The notes beneath the pieces are model-generated. The model ran no database searches. It worked only from the letters and a program-made list of their open reading frames with translations, and was not told where the DNA came from. From contig CAYLJX010000001.1 in assembly GCA_964384235.1 (NCBI GenBank), forward strand, positions 305,709 to 369,708: a DNA stretch of 64,000 bases, in the 5' to 3' direction. How positions within the stretch are numbered: the stretch's first letter is position 1; every line of letters begins with the position of its first letter. The position numbers and the translations under genes were made by a program. Below, piece after piece: positions 18,372-28,120 of the stretch. The DNA comes from an uncultured Bdellovibrionales bacterium. GTDB taxonomy: Bacteria > Patescibacteriota > Minisyncoccia > Moranbacterales > UBA1568.

Positions 18372-19820
18372 TCATTCTTTCGTCTCATGATGCTCGTTCA
18401 GGACGTGCCGCGAAAGCCGGATACCCTTTACCAGCCCATAAGGCATTATAAACCTGACGAAGCGGTAGAGATACTGAAGAGGAAGCGAATAGAAAAAACG
18501 TTTTCCGAATCCATTGAGACCGCTCGCGATTAAAAGCACCATCCGAGCTACTGATCCGAAATACTTCTTATGTCTATTCCTTCGAAAGATACCCCCAAGG
18601 GAAAACGCCTTGTAATACCTTGCCACATCCAGTATTGCATACCGCCCCTCCTCCGAAGCTACTCTTACCAGAGGCACTCTTACAATTTCCTCTATTTCCC
18701 TGATCCGCACATCCCACGTATGGTATTTCCGCACCAGCTCGTTCGAACGCGACACGATCCTCTCTCTCAAGGCATCGTTCTTCAGGAGACGATCACAGAG
18801 TTCGTAGGCCTCTTGTGGCGTATCATAGAAAATATCCTTGGAGAGATCGCCGAGTTCTTCCGCAAGGTCTTTGGAGTAGTTACTCACCAGAACGGCAGAA
18901 GATGCCAAAATATCCATCACCCGCCAACTGTAACCGCTCTTAGCCTGGGCATGATTGATATTCAGCCCTATCTTCGATTCGTTATACATCTGCTGCGTCT
19001 GATCCAGGGAGTATACGCGCTTCGGATTATACGCCGCAAAGATGTCCAAGGAAGAGTCCAGTCCTATGTCAAGCCATCCTTCTCCGCCGTGAATATTCAG
19101 TCCGAGAGGAGCTATGCGGGCAAGCGTACCAGTTCGCATCGCTACGCTTCCAAAATCCAGAATCGTCTGATCGACATCAGGAATGAATGAAAACTGTTCA
19201 GACAATTTTTCAGGGCTCTCTTTCTCTTCAATAAGGGCTTTTACCAAATCGACATACTTTTCTTTGTACCGATGAAGTTTTTCTTTTTCCGCATGATTGA
19301 CAAACGGCGTCCCGATGAAACTTATATTGTGACTCTTCTTCATGTTAGCATCGGCCTCGACCGAAGTCGCCGGTCGTACCAAATGGCACTGTTCACGGGA
19401 GGCCCCGAGTATCTTCTGACAATCTGAAAGATCGCTCGTTTGGGAGCAAAAGAAGATATATCTTCCGACATTCGTTTTGAGGGTATCGATGTCGTTGAAG
19501 TGATGGAAATGATCCGCATCCCAAATGGCGATCGGACACGAAACGATCCTCTCCAATCCCTCAAAAGAGGAGTTATTGAAGGAAATAATAAGGTCCGGTC
19601 GAAACCGCCTCATATCGTCCATCAAAGCCGGCTTGTCTATTCCGGATTTCAAACGGTTCGACCCGCTCCATGGCCTCTTCAGAAAATCGTTTGTAATGAT
19701 TTCCAATACGGTATTCCCGTTTTTGGTCAGGGTCCTGATCAGACCCTCATAAAAGACAAGGGTCCTGTATTTCCCCTCCGTCTTTATTCCGCCGTAATGA
19801 ATGATGATGATTCGAGCCAT
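18372..19820 (-). CDS. CgeB-like / DUF3880-type glycosyltransferase
   Basis: 482 aa. The C-terminal half is GT1-like, the N-terminal half resembles the DUF3880 spacer. Confidence 0.5.
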   Translation of the reverse strand: MARIIIIHYGGIKTEGKYRTLVFYEGLIRTLTKNGNTVLEIITNDFLKRPWSGSNRLKSGIDKPALMDDMRRFRPDLIISFNNSSFEGLERIVSCPIAIWDADHFHHFNDIDTLKTNVGRYIFFCSQTSDLSDCQKILGASREQCHLVRPATSVEADANMKKSHNISFIGTPFVNHAEKEKLHRYKEKYVDLVKALIEEKESPEKLSEQFSFIPDVDQTILDFGSVAMRTGTLARIAPLGLNIHGGEGWLDIGLDSSLDIFAAYNPKRVYSLDQTQQMYNESKIGLNINHAQAKSGYSWRVMDILASSAVLVSNYSKDLAEELGDLSKDIFYDTPQEAYELCDRLLKNDALRERIVSRSNELVRKYHTWDVRIREIEEIVRVPLVRVASEEGRYAILDVARYYKAFSLGGIFRRNRHKKYFGSVARMVLLIASGLNGFGKRFFYSLPLQYLYRFVRFIMPYGLVKGIRLSRHVLNEHHETKE

Positions 19821-19856
19821 GAGTTTCTGATATCCTAAAAGATCACGAGCTATACT

Positions 19857-20564
19857 CTACAGCGTCGCGACGACGAAGATTTCAGCCGCTATTTCCGGGT
19901 ATTTTTCTCCAAGTTTCATAAACGCGGCGATCATCTGCGGCGTCCAGGTCTCATCAATCTGCTTGTTGGAAACAGGTTTCAGCCAATACCCTTCCATTTT
20001 TTTCACGGTAAGCCCCGCTTTCTCGAAATCTCTCCGGAGTTCCTTGGCGGAATACACTCTCTGATGCCCATGGTGGATATCCAGTTCATTGAGAGAGTTA
20101 GTCTTCTTCAGAAGACCCATCTCGACCGCCGCCTGCCTATGGATGGAATTAGCATTGGGTACCGCTACGAGAATGACTCCTCTTTTCTTCAGGAATCCCT
20201 TCACGTGTTTCAAAACACGTACCGGATCATGGACGTGTTCGAGCACGTGTCCCAGTACGATATTGTCGAACTTTTCATCCGTGTTGAAGTCTTCAAACAT
20301 GGAGTGATGAACCCTTATCTTCGGATACCTCCGTTTCAAGTCATCGCAAAACTTTTCGGCTCCTTCCACGACCGAAAGATCCCGGCCCGATTTGACGAAA
20401 AAATCAGTCATGACACCTTCCGCTGGACCAAGCTCCAGGATATTTCCCTTTCGAAGGTGTCGGGAAAAAACCACGTAGGAATATTCCACCATCGCGGCAC
20501 TCACCCCTTCGGCATATCGGGAATGCTTCGCTATCTTCTGCAAAGATTTCAAGTCATGAGACAT
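19857..20564 (-). CDS. Class I SAM-dependent methyltransferase
   Basis: ILELGPAEG motif I and DNIVLGHVLEHV. Confidence 0.85.
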   Translation of the reverse strand: MSHDLKSLQKIAKHSRYAEGVSAAMVEYSYVVFSRHLRKGNILELGPAEGVMTDFFVKSGRDLSVVEGAEKFCDDLKRRYPKIRVHHSMFEDFNTDEKFDNIVLGHVLEHVHDPVRVLKHVKGFLKKRGVILVAVPNANSIHRQAAVEMGLLKKTNSLNELDIHHGHQRVYSAKELRRDFEKAGLTVKKMEGYWLKPVSNKQIDETWTPQMIAAFMKLGEKYPEIAAEIFVVATL

Positions 20565-20566
20565 AT

Positions 20567-21565
20567 TCAGGCCCTTTCTATTAACTCAATGATTAGTCCG
20601 TTGGAAAACATGATGAAACATATTTCTCTTGAATTGAACGCCACCGAAGGCCTCTTGGGTGATACGATCCTTCCTCGGAATTTCCGTGTATACAGATGGA
20701 TAGCGACATCGATATCATCGACAAGATAGGCAAAATGATAGAACTTTACGCCCTTCTCGAGCCACACGTCAAGCGTATGGGACGAAGGCAGATTTTCCAG
20801 CAGCTCCAGTCTTGGTTGGTTTTTGGAGACCAGAAAAATGCCTTTTACCCCCTGAAGAGAGTCTTCAAAAAAACTCTTTTCCAGAACGTACCCGACCATT
20901 TCCCATATTTTTTGTTCCGTATCGATGCTCCGCGTCGCGATACCAATATGATGGAATTCCATCTTCGATATCTCTTGCTTAAGGAACCGATCATGCATCA
21001 TCTTGACGATCATTTCTGCCTTCTTAGCCATAGATCCACTACTCCAGATTTCCCGATCCACGAAGTGTTCAACCGCATCGTACTTTACTCCTTCGATTTC
21101 GAACTCTCCCGGCAATATCCCTTTGTTCAGGGCCCCGAACGAATCATGGAAAGACACGACTGCCACATTGTCTTTCACCGTTCTTGAGTACACGCTCTCA
21201 AGTCCGAGTATCTCAAATGCCACCCTGTACATAAGATAGGCGGACTCTACGGCAGCAAGACTCTCCGGAAGGATAATCCATCTCCCCCACTCGGCGATTT
21301 TCTTCTGCTGATCGATATCATAGATACCCACCAGCCCCTCGGGCTTCCCGGTCAGCATGTTCTCTATGACGAAATAATAGTCGTTATCCCGCTCATAATA
21401 CTTTTTCATCCAGTCTTCCTGAAGGGAGACATCCCGAGAAACAGCATGAATATACCTGTTACGCTCAGAATGTCCGGCACGGACATCCACGATAAAACCG
21501 GCGTCCTCGATCTCTGCCGGACGCAACAAATAAGAGTATCCTGAAATCGAAATCGCATGCTTCAT
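20567..21565 (-). CDS. Fusion protein with an N-terminal GNAT acyltransferase and a C-terminal VOC (glyoxalase-fold) domain
   Basis: 332 aa. The N-terminal part is GNAT-like and the C-terminal part is VOC-like (HHIGIATRSID...). Likely the N-acyl transferase of the amino-sugar pathway. Confidence 0.55.
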   Translation of the reverse strand: MKHAISISGYSYLLRPAEIEDAGFIVDVRAGHSERNRYIHAVSRDVSLQEDWMKKYYERDNDYYFVIENMLTGKPEGLVGIYDIDQQKKIAEWGRWIILPESLAAVESAYLMYRVAFEILGLESVYSRTVKDNVAVVSFHDSFGALNKGILPGEFEIEGVKYDAVEHFVDREIWSSGSMAKKAEMIVKMMHDRFLKQEISKMEFHHIGIATRSIDTEQKIWEMVGYVLEKSFFEDSLQGVKGIFLVSKNQPRLELLENLPSSHTLDVWLEKGVKFYHFAYLVDDIDVAIHLYTRKFRGRIVSPKRPSVAFNSREICFIMFSNGLIIELIERA

Positions 21566-21792
21566 GAAATTTCTTTTGATCTATGAAGGACCTCTTCGAT
21601 AGAACGTACGGATTTCATGGAGGGGATATCAGCACTGTCGATAGCCACGCCGAGCTCCTGCTCAAGACAGAATACGATCTCTATCATCTGCAGCGAATCC
21701 CAATACCGTTCATGATCCTTATCGAGCTCCAAGACCTCCTCTTTTGATTTCTTTAGCACGCTGGCCAATATTTCAACGATTTTTTCAGTCAT
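21562..21792 (-). CDS. Acyl carrier protein (PP-binding)
   Basis: 76 aa, acidic. DSLQMIEIV contains the phosphopantetheine-attachment Ser. Overlaps neighbours by 4 nt. Confidence 0.8.
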   Translation of the reverse strand: MTEKIVEILASVLKKSKEEVLELDKDHERYWDSLQMIEIVFCLEQELGVAIDSADIPSMKSVRSIEEVLHRSKEIS

Positions 21793-21806
21793 AACGATTT
21801 CTTAAT

Positions 21807-23444
21807 TTAATGATTATCGACCAGTATAGTCACGTGATTACTGTCTATATCAAAAAGATCCTGAGGCAACACGGCATACCCATCCTCCTTGAGTTCTTGA
21901 TTGGTTATTTTCTGCAACCATGCCCGAGCTGGCTGATTACGTTCTCCTTTCTTATAGTTAATTCTCACCTCCTGAGAAGCATGTTTCTGCCGCATTATGT
22001 CCATAGCCTTGAGCAGCATAACGTCTTCGATTTCTCTCCCGAGCGCGCGGCAACTCACGAATGCCTCTTCGATGACCAAGACACCGTCGGAAAAACTCGT
22101 GATAATCGTTCCTATCAGTCCGCTGTCGGAAAGTCTGTCCTTCAGGGAAAAATCAACGACGTCCTGAAAATCCCGTCGCATGCGCTCCAAGACCTCTTGC
22201 TCGTTGAGTCGCAGGTAAGAAAAGATAAACTGATTGGTTTTCCCGCCAAGTTCCGTTATTCTCGAAAGATTTTTTTCGTCGTTTACATGATACGAGATCC
22301 GAAGATCCAATTGCCTGATATATTCCTCTTGAGTCAACGACTGTCTCAGATGTTCCCTTGCCTCGTTTGACCGGAGATCAGCCAACCGTTTCGCATCATC
22401 CTTGGTAGTCCGCCATTTGAATATCCCTGGGAACGACATCAGGGCATGTATAGTGCTGGACGGATCACCACTGTCCGCCAAGATCATCCTGATATCAGGG
22501 AGATTTGACCCAACGGAAGATATCTCGCCGATATTGTCGTCGATAAACAGCATGCTGTCCGGAGCGATCCTCAAACGCTCCGCGATTTTCAGGATATTCG
22601 AGGCCTTTTTTTCCCAGGAAATTTCTACAGCAGAAAAATCTTCCCATGTCAGGGGGAAATCCTTTCTTTTTCTAAACATTTCTTGGACATCCTGGATCTC
22701 GTTTTTTGAGACAAGACTTAAAAAAAATCCTTTTTCCTTGAGTTTCTTGAGCTCTTCCTGAAGCCGCTTGTGTTCTTCGGTCAGAATAATACCTTCAGTA
22801 CCGTCTTCTCCTAGAACACCGGCATACAGCGTGTTGTCCAAATCAAGGACAATCGCCTTTATGTTTGGCTGGAAGATAGACGGGAGAAGCGACATTCCTA
22901 ACCATCGGGCCATTTCAAGGCAGGCTGCATTGCTCAACCTGGTAGCCGTAATCTTACGGAAACGTTCGTCATAAAAAGATTCCCCCATCTGGTTTCGGAT
23001 TACGTTTGTATCCGCGACATAACATCCGCTCATGCCGAGATTTTCTGAAAAAACAGCTTCTCCTCCTACTCCGACAACCAAGATATCTGCTTTAGTCTTC
23101 TTCCTCAGAAAACCGAGACGATCCCACAAGAAAGATCTGACATCAAAATCCTTTCCATAGTGATCAAAATCGATCCAGAGCAATACCAGATCGAGATTAT
23201 CGGGAATATCGGAAAAACTGAGACTATCATCATAACTCCCATACGAGAAACGAGCCTGTATTCCGGAGTATCCCAGAAACGATCCGATTACGGATGCTAC
23301 GGGTTCGAACGAGTGGTTTCTGTACACATAAATCCTTACAGTCCTTGTGATCTCCTGCTCAGGACATGACATCAGTTCCATCCTGTTCAAGGTTTTCTTG
23401 AACAGGACCTTCTGCAAATCGATTTTTGACATCAAAGCATTCAT
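21807..23444 (-). CDS. FkbH-like HAD-IIIC domain protein (loads a glyceryl-type unit onto ACP)
   Basis: A HAD DxDxT motif IVLDLDNTLY is present, as are FkbH-domain features. The start was chosen at the ATG that forms an ATGA overlap with the acpS stop. Confidence 0.75.
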   Translation of the reverse strand: MNALMSKIDLQKVLFKKTLNRMELMSCPEQEITRTVRIYVYRNHSFEPVASVIGSFLGYSGIQARFSYGSYDDSLSFSDIPDNLDLVLLWIDFDHYGKDFDVRSFLWDRLGFLRKKTKADILVVGVGGEAVFSENLGMSGCYVADTNVIRNQMGESFYDERFRKITATRLSNAACLEMARWLGMSLLPSIFQPNIKAIVLDLDNTLYAGVLGEDGTEGIILTEEHKRLQEELKKLKEKGFFLSLVSKNEIQDVQEMFRKRKDFPLTWEDFSAVEISWEKKASNILKIAERLRIAPDSMLFIDDNIGEISSVGSNLPDIRMILADSGDPSSTIHALMSFPGIFKWRTTKDDAKRLADLRSNEAREHLRQSLTQEEYIRQLDLRISYHVNDEKNLSRITELGGKTNQFIFSYLRLNEQEVLERMRRDFQDVVDFSLKDRLSDSGLIGTIITSFSDGVLVIEEAFVSCRALGREIEDVMLLKAMDIMRQKHASQEVRINYKKGERNQPARAWLQKITNQELKEDGYAVLPQDLFDIDSNHVTILVDNH

Positions 23445-23815
23445 AGAAGATTCAATGCGTCCCTGGAAACGATCACGCAAGCCACTGCGCTCATCTCATC
23501 ATGAGAAAGGCTAATTTTTGAAACGATACCTTCTTCTTTTACATATCGGACCTGGGGACAACCCCGTTCGTCGTGGTAAATCTCGATTTCATCCAGAGAA
23601 ACCTTCTCCGTGTCGCTCCCGATGCCTGATAATGCCTTTATAAAAGCTTCTTTGGCACAAAACCGGGCCGCGAAGTGCTGCTCCGGATACGACATCGAAT
23701 CACAGTAACGCCGCTCGCTTTCGGTGAAAATCTTTTCATAAAAAGAATAGGGCTTGTTCCTGAAACGGGAAATTTGCTCGATATCCACACCGATTGAAAT
23801 ACTTTCGAGACTCAT
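23441..23815 (-). CDS. acpS: Holo-[acyl-carrier-protein] synthase (4-phosphopantetheinyl transferase)
   Basis: GVDIEQISRF, FTESERRYC and FAARFCAKEAFIKA motifs. My hand translation shows a 1-nt frame inconsistency near 23759, but the ORF track gives an intact ORF. Confidence 0.8.
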   Translation of the reverse strand: MSLESISIGVDIEQISRFRNKPYSFYEKIFTESERRYCDSMSYPEQHFAARFCAKEAFIKALSGIGSDTEKVSLDEIEIYHDERGCPQVRYVKEEGIVSKISLSHDEMSAVACVIVSRDALNLL

Positions 23816-24234
23816 TTTTGCAACTGTCTTAAAAATTCCTCATAACTTCTGATGTAGTCGCTCTCGTTGTACTCCTCGCTCGCCAGTACCATCAGAGCGG
23901 CGCCTTTTGAAAAGTTTTTCATCTCCCTCCAGATCATTCCCTCTATATACAACCCCTTATCAGGCCAATCAAGCGTATACTCCTTTCGTTCCTTTCCGTC
24001 ATCGCAGACGACTACACATGAACCACTGATCGAAATAAGAAGCTGTTTCAGTTCCCTGTGAGCATGATGTCCTCGTACCGTTCCGGGAGTGGTATCGAAA
24101 ATGTAGTAAACTCGCCTGATATCGAACGGAACATGGTCCGTATTGGACTCTAATGCCACAAGGTTTCCCCGATCATCACCGATCGGTTTCAACCGTACCA
24201 CTTCCACTTTTTGCACTAGTGAACATTCATTCAT
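23812..24234 (-). CDS. dTDP-4-keto-6-deoxyhexose 3,4-ketoisomerase (FdtA/WxcM C-terminal cupin family)
   Basis: 140 aa with the typical RGNLVALE...VPFDIRRVYYIFD...RGHHAH region. Confidence 0.85.
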   Translation of the reverse strand: MNECSLVQKVEVVRLKPIGDDRGNLVALESNTDHVPFDIRRVYYIFDTTPGTVRGHHAHRELKQLLISISGSCVVVCDDGKERKEYTLDWPDKGLYIEGMIWREMKNFSKGAALMVLASEEYNESDYIRSYEEFLRQLQK

Positions 24235-24260
24235 AGCCCCTCCTCTAAACTTATGGCTTT

Positions 24261-25007
24261 TTATTCTTTTGACCCGCTTTGGCGAAGATATTCCTCACCG
24301 ACGCGCTTCGGATCTCCAAGCATCACTACCTTCCCTCCTTGTATCATTATTAGCCGGTCACAAAAATTCTCCGCAATTTCTATATCGTGAGTGACAAGAA
24401 GCACCGTCTTTCCCTTTTTCTTGTATTGATCAAAAATAGACAGGCATTTTTTCTGAAAATTACTATCACCTACCGCGAGGACTTCGTCCATAAGGAGGAT
24501 GTCGCGGTTGGCGTGGATGGAGACAGCGAAGGCGAGACGCACCTGCATGCCGCTCGAGTAGTTCTTGAGCTTCTGGTCGATGAAGCGCTCGAGCTCGGAG
24601 AACCGGACGATGTCGTCGAACTTCTCATCGATCTGTTTCCTCGTCATACCGAGAACCGTCGCGTTGAGATAGACGTTGTCCCTGCCGGAAAGCTCCGGAT
24701 TGAAACCGATGCCAAGCTCGAGAAACGGAGAGATCATCCCGTTCACCCGCACGCGGCCCTTGTCCGGCTGGTAGATGCCGGCGAGGATCTTGAGAAGGGT
24801 CGATTTGCCGCTCCCGTTTCGTCCGATGATACCGAAAAATTCCCCTTTCTTTACCTCGAACGACACGTCGTCAAGCGCCTGGAATTCTTCGTACGTCTTT
24901 TGCTTGAACGCCGAAACGACGGCTCCGCGCACGGAAGAGATCTTCTCATGGGGAATGCGGAAGGTCTTGGAGAGATGTTCGACTTTGATGGCTATTTCTT
25001 TGTCCAT
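24261..25007 (-). CDS. ABC transporter ATP-binding protein for glycan export (Wzt/TagH-like, no C-terminal CBM)
   Basis: Start at the internal ATG (MDKEIAIKVEHLSK...), since the upstream part of the track ORF overlaps wzm. Walker A GRNGSGKST, signature SSGMQ and Walker B LLMDE are present. Confidence 0.9.
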   Translation of the reverse strand: MDKEIAIKVEHLSKTFRIPHEKISSVRGAVVSAFKQKTYEEFQALDDVSFEVKKGEFFGIIGRNGSGKSTLLKILAGIYQPDKGRVRVNGMISPFLELGIGFNPELSGRDNVYLNATVLGMTRKQIDEKFDDIVRFSELERFIDQKLKNYSSGMQVRLAFAVSIHANRDILLMDEVLAVGDSNFQKKCLSIFDQYKKKGKTVLLVTHDIEIAENFCDRLIMIQGGKVVMLGDPKRVGEEYLRQSGSKE

Positions 25008-25015
25008 ATTTGCTT

Positions 25016-25795
25016 TTAGAGGTCTTCGGCTACTTTCGGGGCGAGCTTGCGATACGAGAGCATACTCAAGAAAAACACCGTGACGATGAGAGCGACGAAA
25101 ATACTCCCCTGCCAAAGTTCAGGAAAGTGACCGTTGATGAGCGATTCCTTGGTGAAGTGGATGATGAAGGCCATCGGATTCATGAGCAGGATCTGCTGGA
25201 TGTAGAGCGGCATGAGCTGGAGCGCATAAAAGACCGGCGTCGCGTAGAAGAGTATCTGGAGGAGCACCTCCCAGATCATCGAGAGGTCCCGGAACTTAGC
25301 GTAGAGCGGCGCCGTAAAGAGCGAGAAGGAAATGATGATGCCGTAGATGAGAAACGACGAGAAAACGAACAGTACGATCGCTCCCGGACTCGGCAGAAAC
25401 TGGTTCCAAACGAAAAACGCCACGACCACGGCCAGGTTCATGACGTAGATCATGGCGGAATTGAGCGTCGAAGCAAGAATGATCGTCCAACGCGGGATAT
25501 ATATCTTGGTCACGAGCTGGGACTTGGAAAGAAGCGACTGCATCCCGGCACTCGTCCCCTCGGAGAAAAAGTTGAACATTAGGATGGCCACCAGGAGCTG
25601 GAGCGAATAATACTCACCCCCCGCTATCCGGTTGGCAAAGATGGAAGAGAAGACGAAGTTGAGGATCGTAAAGGTGAGAAGCGGCTTCAGAAGGGCCCAG
25701 AGATAGCCTAGTACGGATCCGTGGTAACGGAGCTTGAAGTCCGTCTTGGCAAGCATCCAGATGAGCTCGTAATAATTTTCGTGTTGACGTGACAT
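25016..25795 (-). CDS. ABC-2 type transporter permease (Wzm-like)
   Basis: 259 aa with 6 TM helices. Confidence 0.9.
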   Translation of the reverse strand: MSRQHENYYELIWMLAKTDFKLRYHGSVLGYLWALLKPLLTFTILNFVFSSIFANRIAGGEYYSLQLLVAILMFNFFSEGTSAGMQSLLSKSQLVTKIYIPRWTIILASTLNSAMIYVMNLAVVVAFFVWNQFLPSPGAIVLFVFSSFLIYGIIISFSLFTAPLYAKFRDLSMIWEVLLQILFYATPVFYALQLMPLYIQQILLMNPMAFIIHFTKESLINGHFPELWQGSIFVALIVTVFFLSMLSYRKLAPKVAEDL

Positions 25796-25811
25796 AGAGC
25801 CAAGTATAGCA

Positions 25812-25841
25812 CAAAAAAACGCCCATTAAAAGGCGTTTTTA
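25812..25841. terminator. Bidirectional Rho-independent terminator
   Basis: aaaaaaacgcccattaaaaggcgttttt has an A-run on one side and a T-run on the other. Confidence 0.65.
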
Positions 25842-25862
25842 AGGCAAAAGAGGTTTACCCTT

Positions 25863-26207
25863 CTAATCTTCCCTGTTATTCAGTGCCCAGTGGGCGAGGG
25901 TGTTGATGACGGAGAGGACGAGGGCGCCGAGGATGGCGACAAGGAGACCCTGCACCTCGAAGCCCTTGATGATGCCGCCGAGCATGTAGAGGAGGAAGCC
26001 GTTGAGGATGAACGTGAAGATCCCAAGGGTGAGAATGTTGATCGGAAGCGTGAGGATAAGAAGGACCGGTTTGACCGTGATGCCGATGAGCCCCCAGAGG
26101 AGCGCCAGGATAAGCGCCGTACCGAACCCTTTCACCGCGATACCGGGGATGATGTACGGGAGCGAGAGAAACGCAAGCGCCGAGACCAACCATTTGAGCA
26201 GCAGCAT
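25863..26207 (-). CDS. DUF360 / phage-holin-4-like small membrane protein
   Basis: 114 aa with 3-4 TM helices. The arrangement WALNN at the C-terminus is seen in this family. Confidence 0.65.
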   Translation of the reverse strand: MLLLKWLVSALAFLSLPYIIPGIAVKGFGTALILALLWGLIGITVKPVLLILTLPINILTLGIFTFILNGFLLYMLGGIIKGFEVQGLLVAILGALVLSVINTLAHWALNNRED

Positions 26208-26258
26208 AGGACAAACTTATAACTTACAACTCACAACGAGCGACTGACGACGAAAAAA

Positions 26259-27686
26259 TCACTTCTTGATGTTCTTGCGGCGGCGGACGACGGCCGTGAC
26301 GGTCTTGAGACAGATGAGGATATCGAGCCACAGCGACCAGTTCTCGATATAGAAGACGTCGAGACGGTACTCGTCCTCGAACGGCAGGTCGGAACGTCCC
26401 GAGACCTGGGCCATGCCGGTCACACCCGGCTTGATGGTGAGGAGACGGCGATGATACTCGGAATAGCGCTCCACCTCACGCTCCTGATGCGGGCGCGGCC
26501 CCACCAGACTCATCTCACCGCGCAGGACGTTGAAGAACTGCGGCAGCTCGTCGAGCGAATACCGCTCGATGAAGGCCCCGACTCTCATCTTGCGCGGATC
26601 GTTCTTGATCTTGTAGAGGACGCCGCCTTTTCGGGCGTTGTGTTTCTCGATCAGGTGCTGTTCGAAGGCGAGCGCTTCCTTGATATCCGGGTTTTCCTTG
26701 GTGATGCAGTATTTCCACCGCATGTAGCGGAACTTGTAGACGAAGAACTTGCGCCCGTTCTCACCGATGCGTTCGTTCTTGTAGATGATGGGCCCCTTGG
26801 GATCCTCGAGTTTGATGAGGAGGGCGATGACGAGCATCACCGGCGAAAAAAGCACCGTCAGGACAAAGCCGGCGAAGATGTCATAGAGGTGCTTGAGCAC
26901 CCTCCCCCAGCCGTCGAGCGGCGTGTGCTGGAGCTCGATCATCGGCTCGCCGTTGAAGATCTGCATGGAAAAACGCGACGTCTGGAGCGTCGTCGGGATG
27001 TATTTGTAGGTGATGTTGTTGATCTGACAGAAGTCGAGGAGCTTCTCCAGTTCCTCGTCCGTAAAGGTCGGGTCGCAGACGATGATCTCGTCGACACCCT
27101 TGGCATCGCGGATCGTCTTGATATGACGGAGGCTCAGGTCCTCGATCTGGTCCACGACACGGTAGCCGAGGGAGCGGTCCTTCATCAGGTACCGGCGGAG
27201 CGCCTTCATCTTGTCGTTGTAGCCGATGAGAAGCACCCGGTGGATGCCCGAGCCTTTCCTCAAGAGGAACCATTTCTGCAGACGCTGGAGGAGATAGCGG
27301 GCGAACACCACGTACACGACCACCAGCATCCAGCCGACCAGGATGATGAAACGCGAAGAAAACCATTCGCGCTTGAGGAAGATCGCGACGATCAAGATGA
27401 CCAGCACCAACGACGTCGCCTGAAAGACGCGGTAGGCTTCCCGCCAGAATTTGCGCGTCGTCCGCATGGCATAGAGTCCCTCAAGGGCGAACACGATGAG
27501 GAAGATCGGCAGCACGAACCCGACCACCTGGACGTAGTCGATGAGCGTAAAGTTGACGAACTTCGGGAGAAGATCGTACCCCTGCATCACCTCACGCGCG
27601 TACCATACCGAAAGCGCCGCCAGGGAAATCATGATGAGATCCACGGGGACTTGGACGGCACTGAAAAATATCTCCGATCGTTTCAT
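26259..27686 (-). CDS. Polyprenyl-phosphate hexose-1-phosphate transferase (WbaP/WcaJ-like bacterial sugar transferase)
   Basis: 475 aa with N-terminal TM helices and the C-terminal catalytic domain LVGPRP...PGVTGMAQV. Confidence 0.9.
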   Translation of the reverse strand: MKRSEIFFSAVQVPVDLIMISLAALSVWYAREVMQGYDLLPKFVNFTLIDYVQVVGFVLPIFLIVFALEGLYAMRTTRKFWREAYRVFQATSLVLVILIVAIFLKREWFSSRFIILVGWMLVVVYVVFARYLLQRLQKWFLLRKGSGIHRVLLIGYNDKMKALRRYLMKDRSLGYRVVDQIEDLSLRHIKTIRDAKGVDEIIVCDPTFTDEELEKLLDFCQINNITYKYIPTTLQTSRFSMQIFNGEPMIELQHTPLDGWGRVLKHLYDIFAGFVLTVLFSPVMLVIALLIKLEDPKGPIIYKNERIGENGRKFFVYKFRYMRWKYCITKENPDIKEALAFEQHLIEKHNARKGGVLYKIKNDPRKMRVGAFIERYSLDELPQFFNVLRGEMSLVGPRPHQEREVERYSEYHRRLLTIKPGVTGMAQVSGRSDLPFEDEYRLDVFYIENWSLWLDILICLKTVTAVVRRRKNIKK

Positions 27687-27711
27687 AGGTTGTAGAGTCC
27701 CCCTCTCCCGT

Positions 27712-28072
27712 TCCTTTTTCAGGACAGATCCGTAAGCCGGATTCTGTTTTCATCGTCATTTCTCTTGTCCCGATGTCACCATCGGGATCCTTGCGGTTCT
27801 CCCATATCTTCCTGAGCTCCAAGAAGATACAAGCGCGACCTTGCACCCGGGTAAGGATTTAGCCGTTTCATTTCTGCCTTCCGACAGAATTATTCCCGAA
27901 GGAACCCTCAGTCTTTCGACTTTGGCGTCACTGTTCGCACCTCGTAGGTCACCCTAGACAGGCGTTACCTGCTACCCTTTGCCGCCGTATAACGGCGGCG
28001 AGTGTCCGGACTTTCCTCACCGACAAAGATTTTCATCTCTACCAGCGCGACGATTCGATCTGTCCTGAAAAA
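27712..28072 (-). ncRNA. rnpB: RNase P RNA (bacterial type), rnpB
   Basis: The minus strand carries the P4 5 prime strand GAGGAAAGTCCGGAC, the conserved CAGGTAACGCCTG, and the P4 3 prime strand ACAGAATCCGGCTTA. A long P1 helix forms from CTTTTTCAGGACAGATC and GATCTGTCCTGAAAAAG. Not in the ORF track. Confidence 0.85.
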
Positions 28073-28091
28073 GAACTGGGAAGCGCCTTGT

Positions 28092-28120
28092 ATTCTAGCA
28101 TGAACAAGCAAATCTGTCAA
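28092..28120 (-). promoter_or_regulatory. Consensus-like sigma70 promoter for rnpB (TTGACA-17-TAGAAT)
   Basis: Minus strand reads TTGACAgatttgcttgttcatgcTAGAAT, just upstream of the P1 5 prime strand. Confidence 0.6.

Noticed and set aside
23756-23762. Apparent 1-nt frame discontinuity inside acpS when hand-translating from both ends (gtt ccc tga vs expected gtt cct gaa)
   Set aside because: The ORF track computed from the same window reports an uninterrupted 124-aa ORF (23441..23815). This is most likely my transcription or counting error, not a real frameshift. It is flagged only because nearby hand-derived coordinates may be off by 1.
26451-27695. 414-aa plus-strand ORF antisense to wbaP
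   Set aside because: Antisense to a strongly conserved sugar phosphotransferase. The sequence is Arg/Asp/His-rich and non-protein-like.
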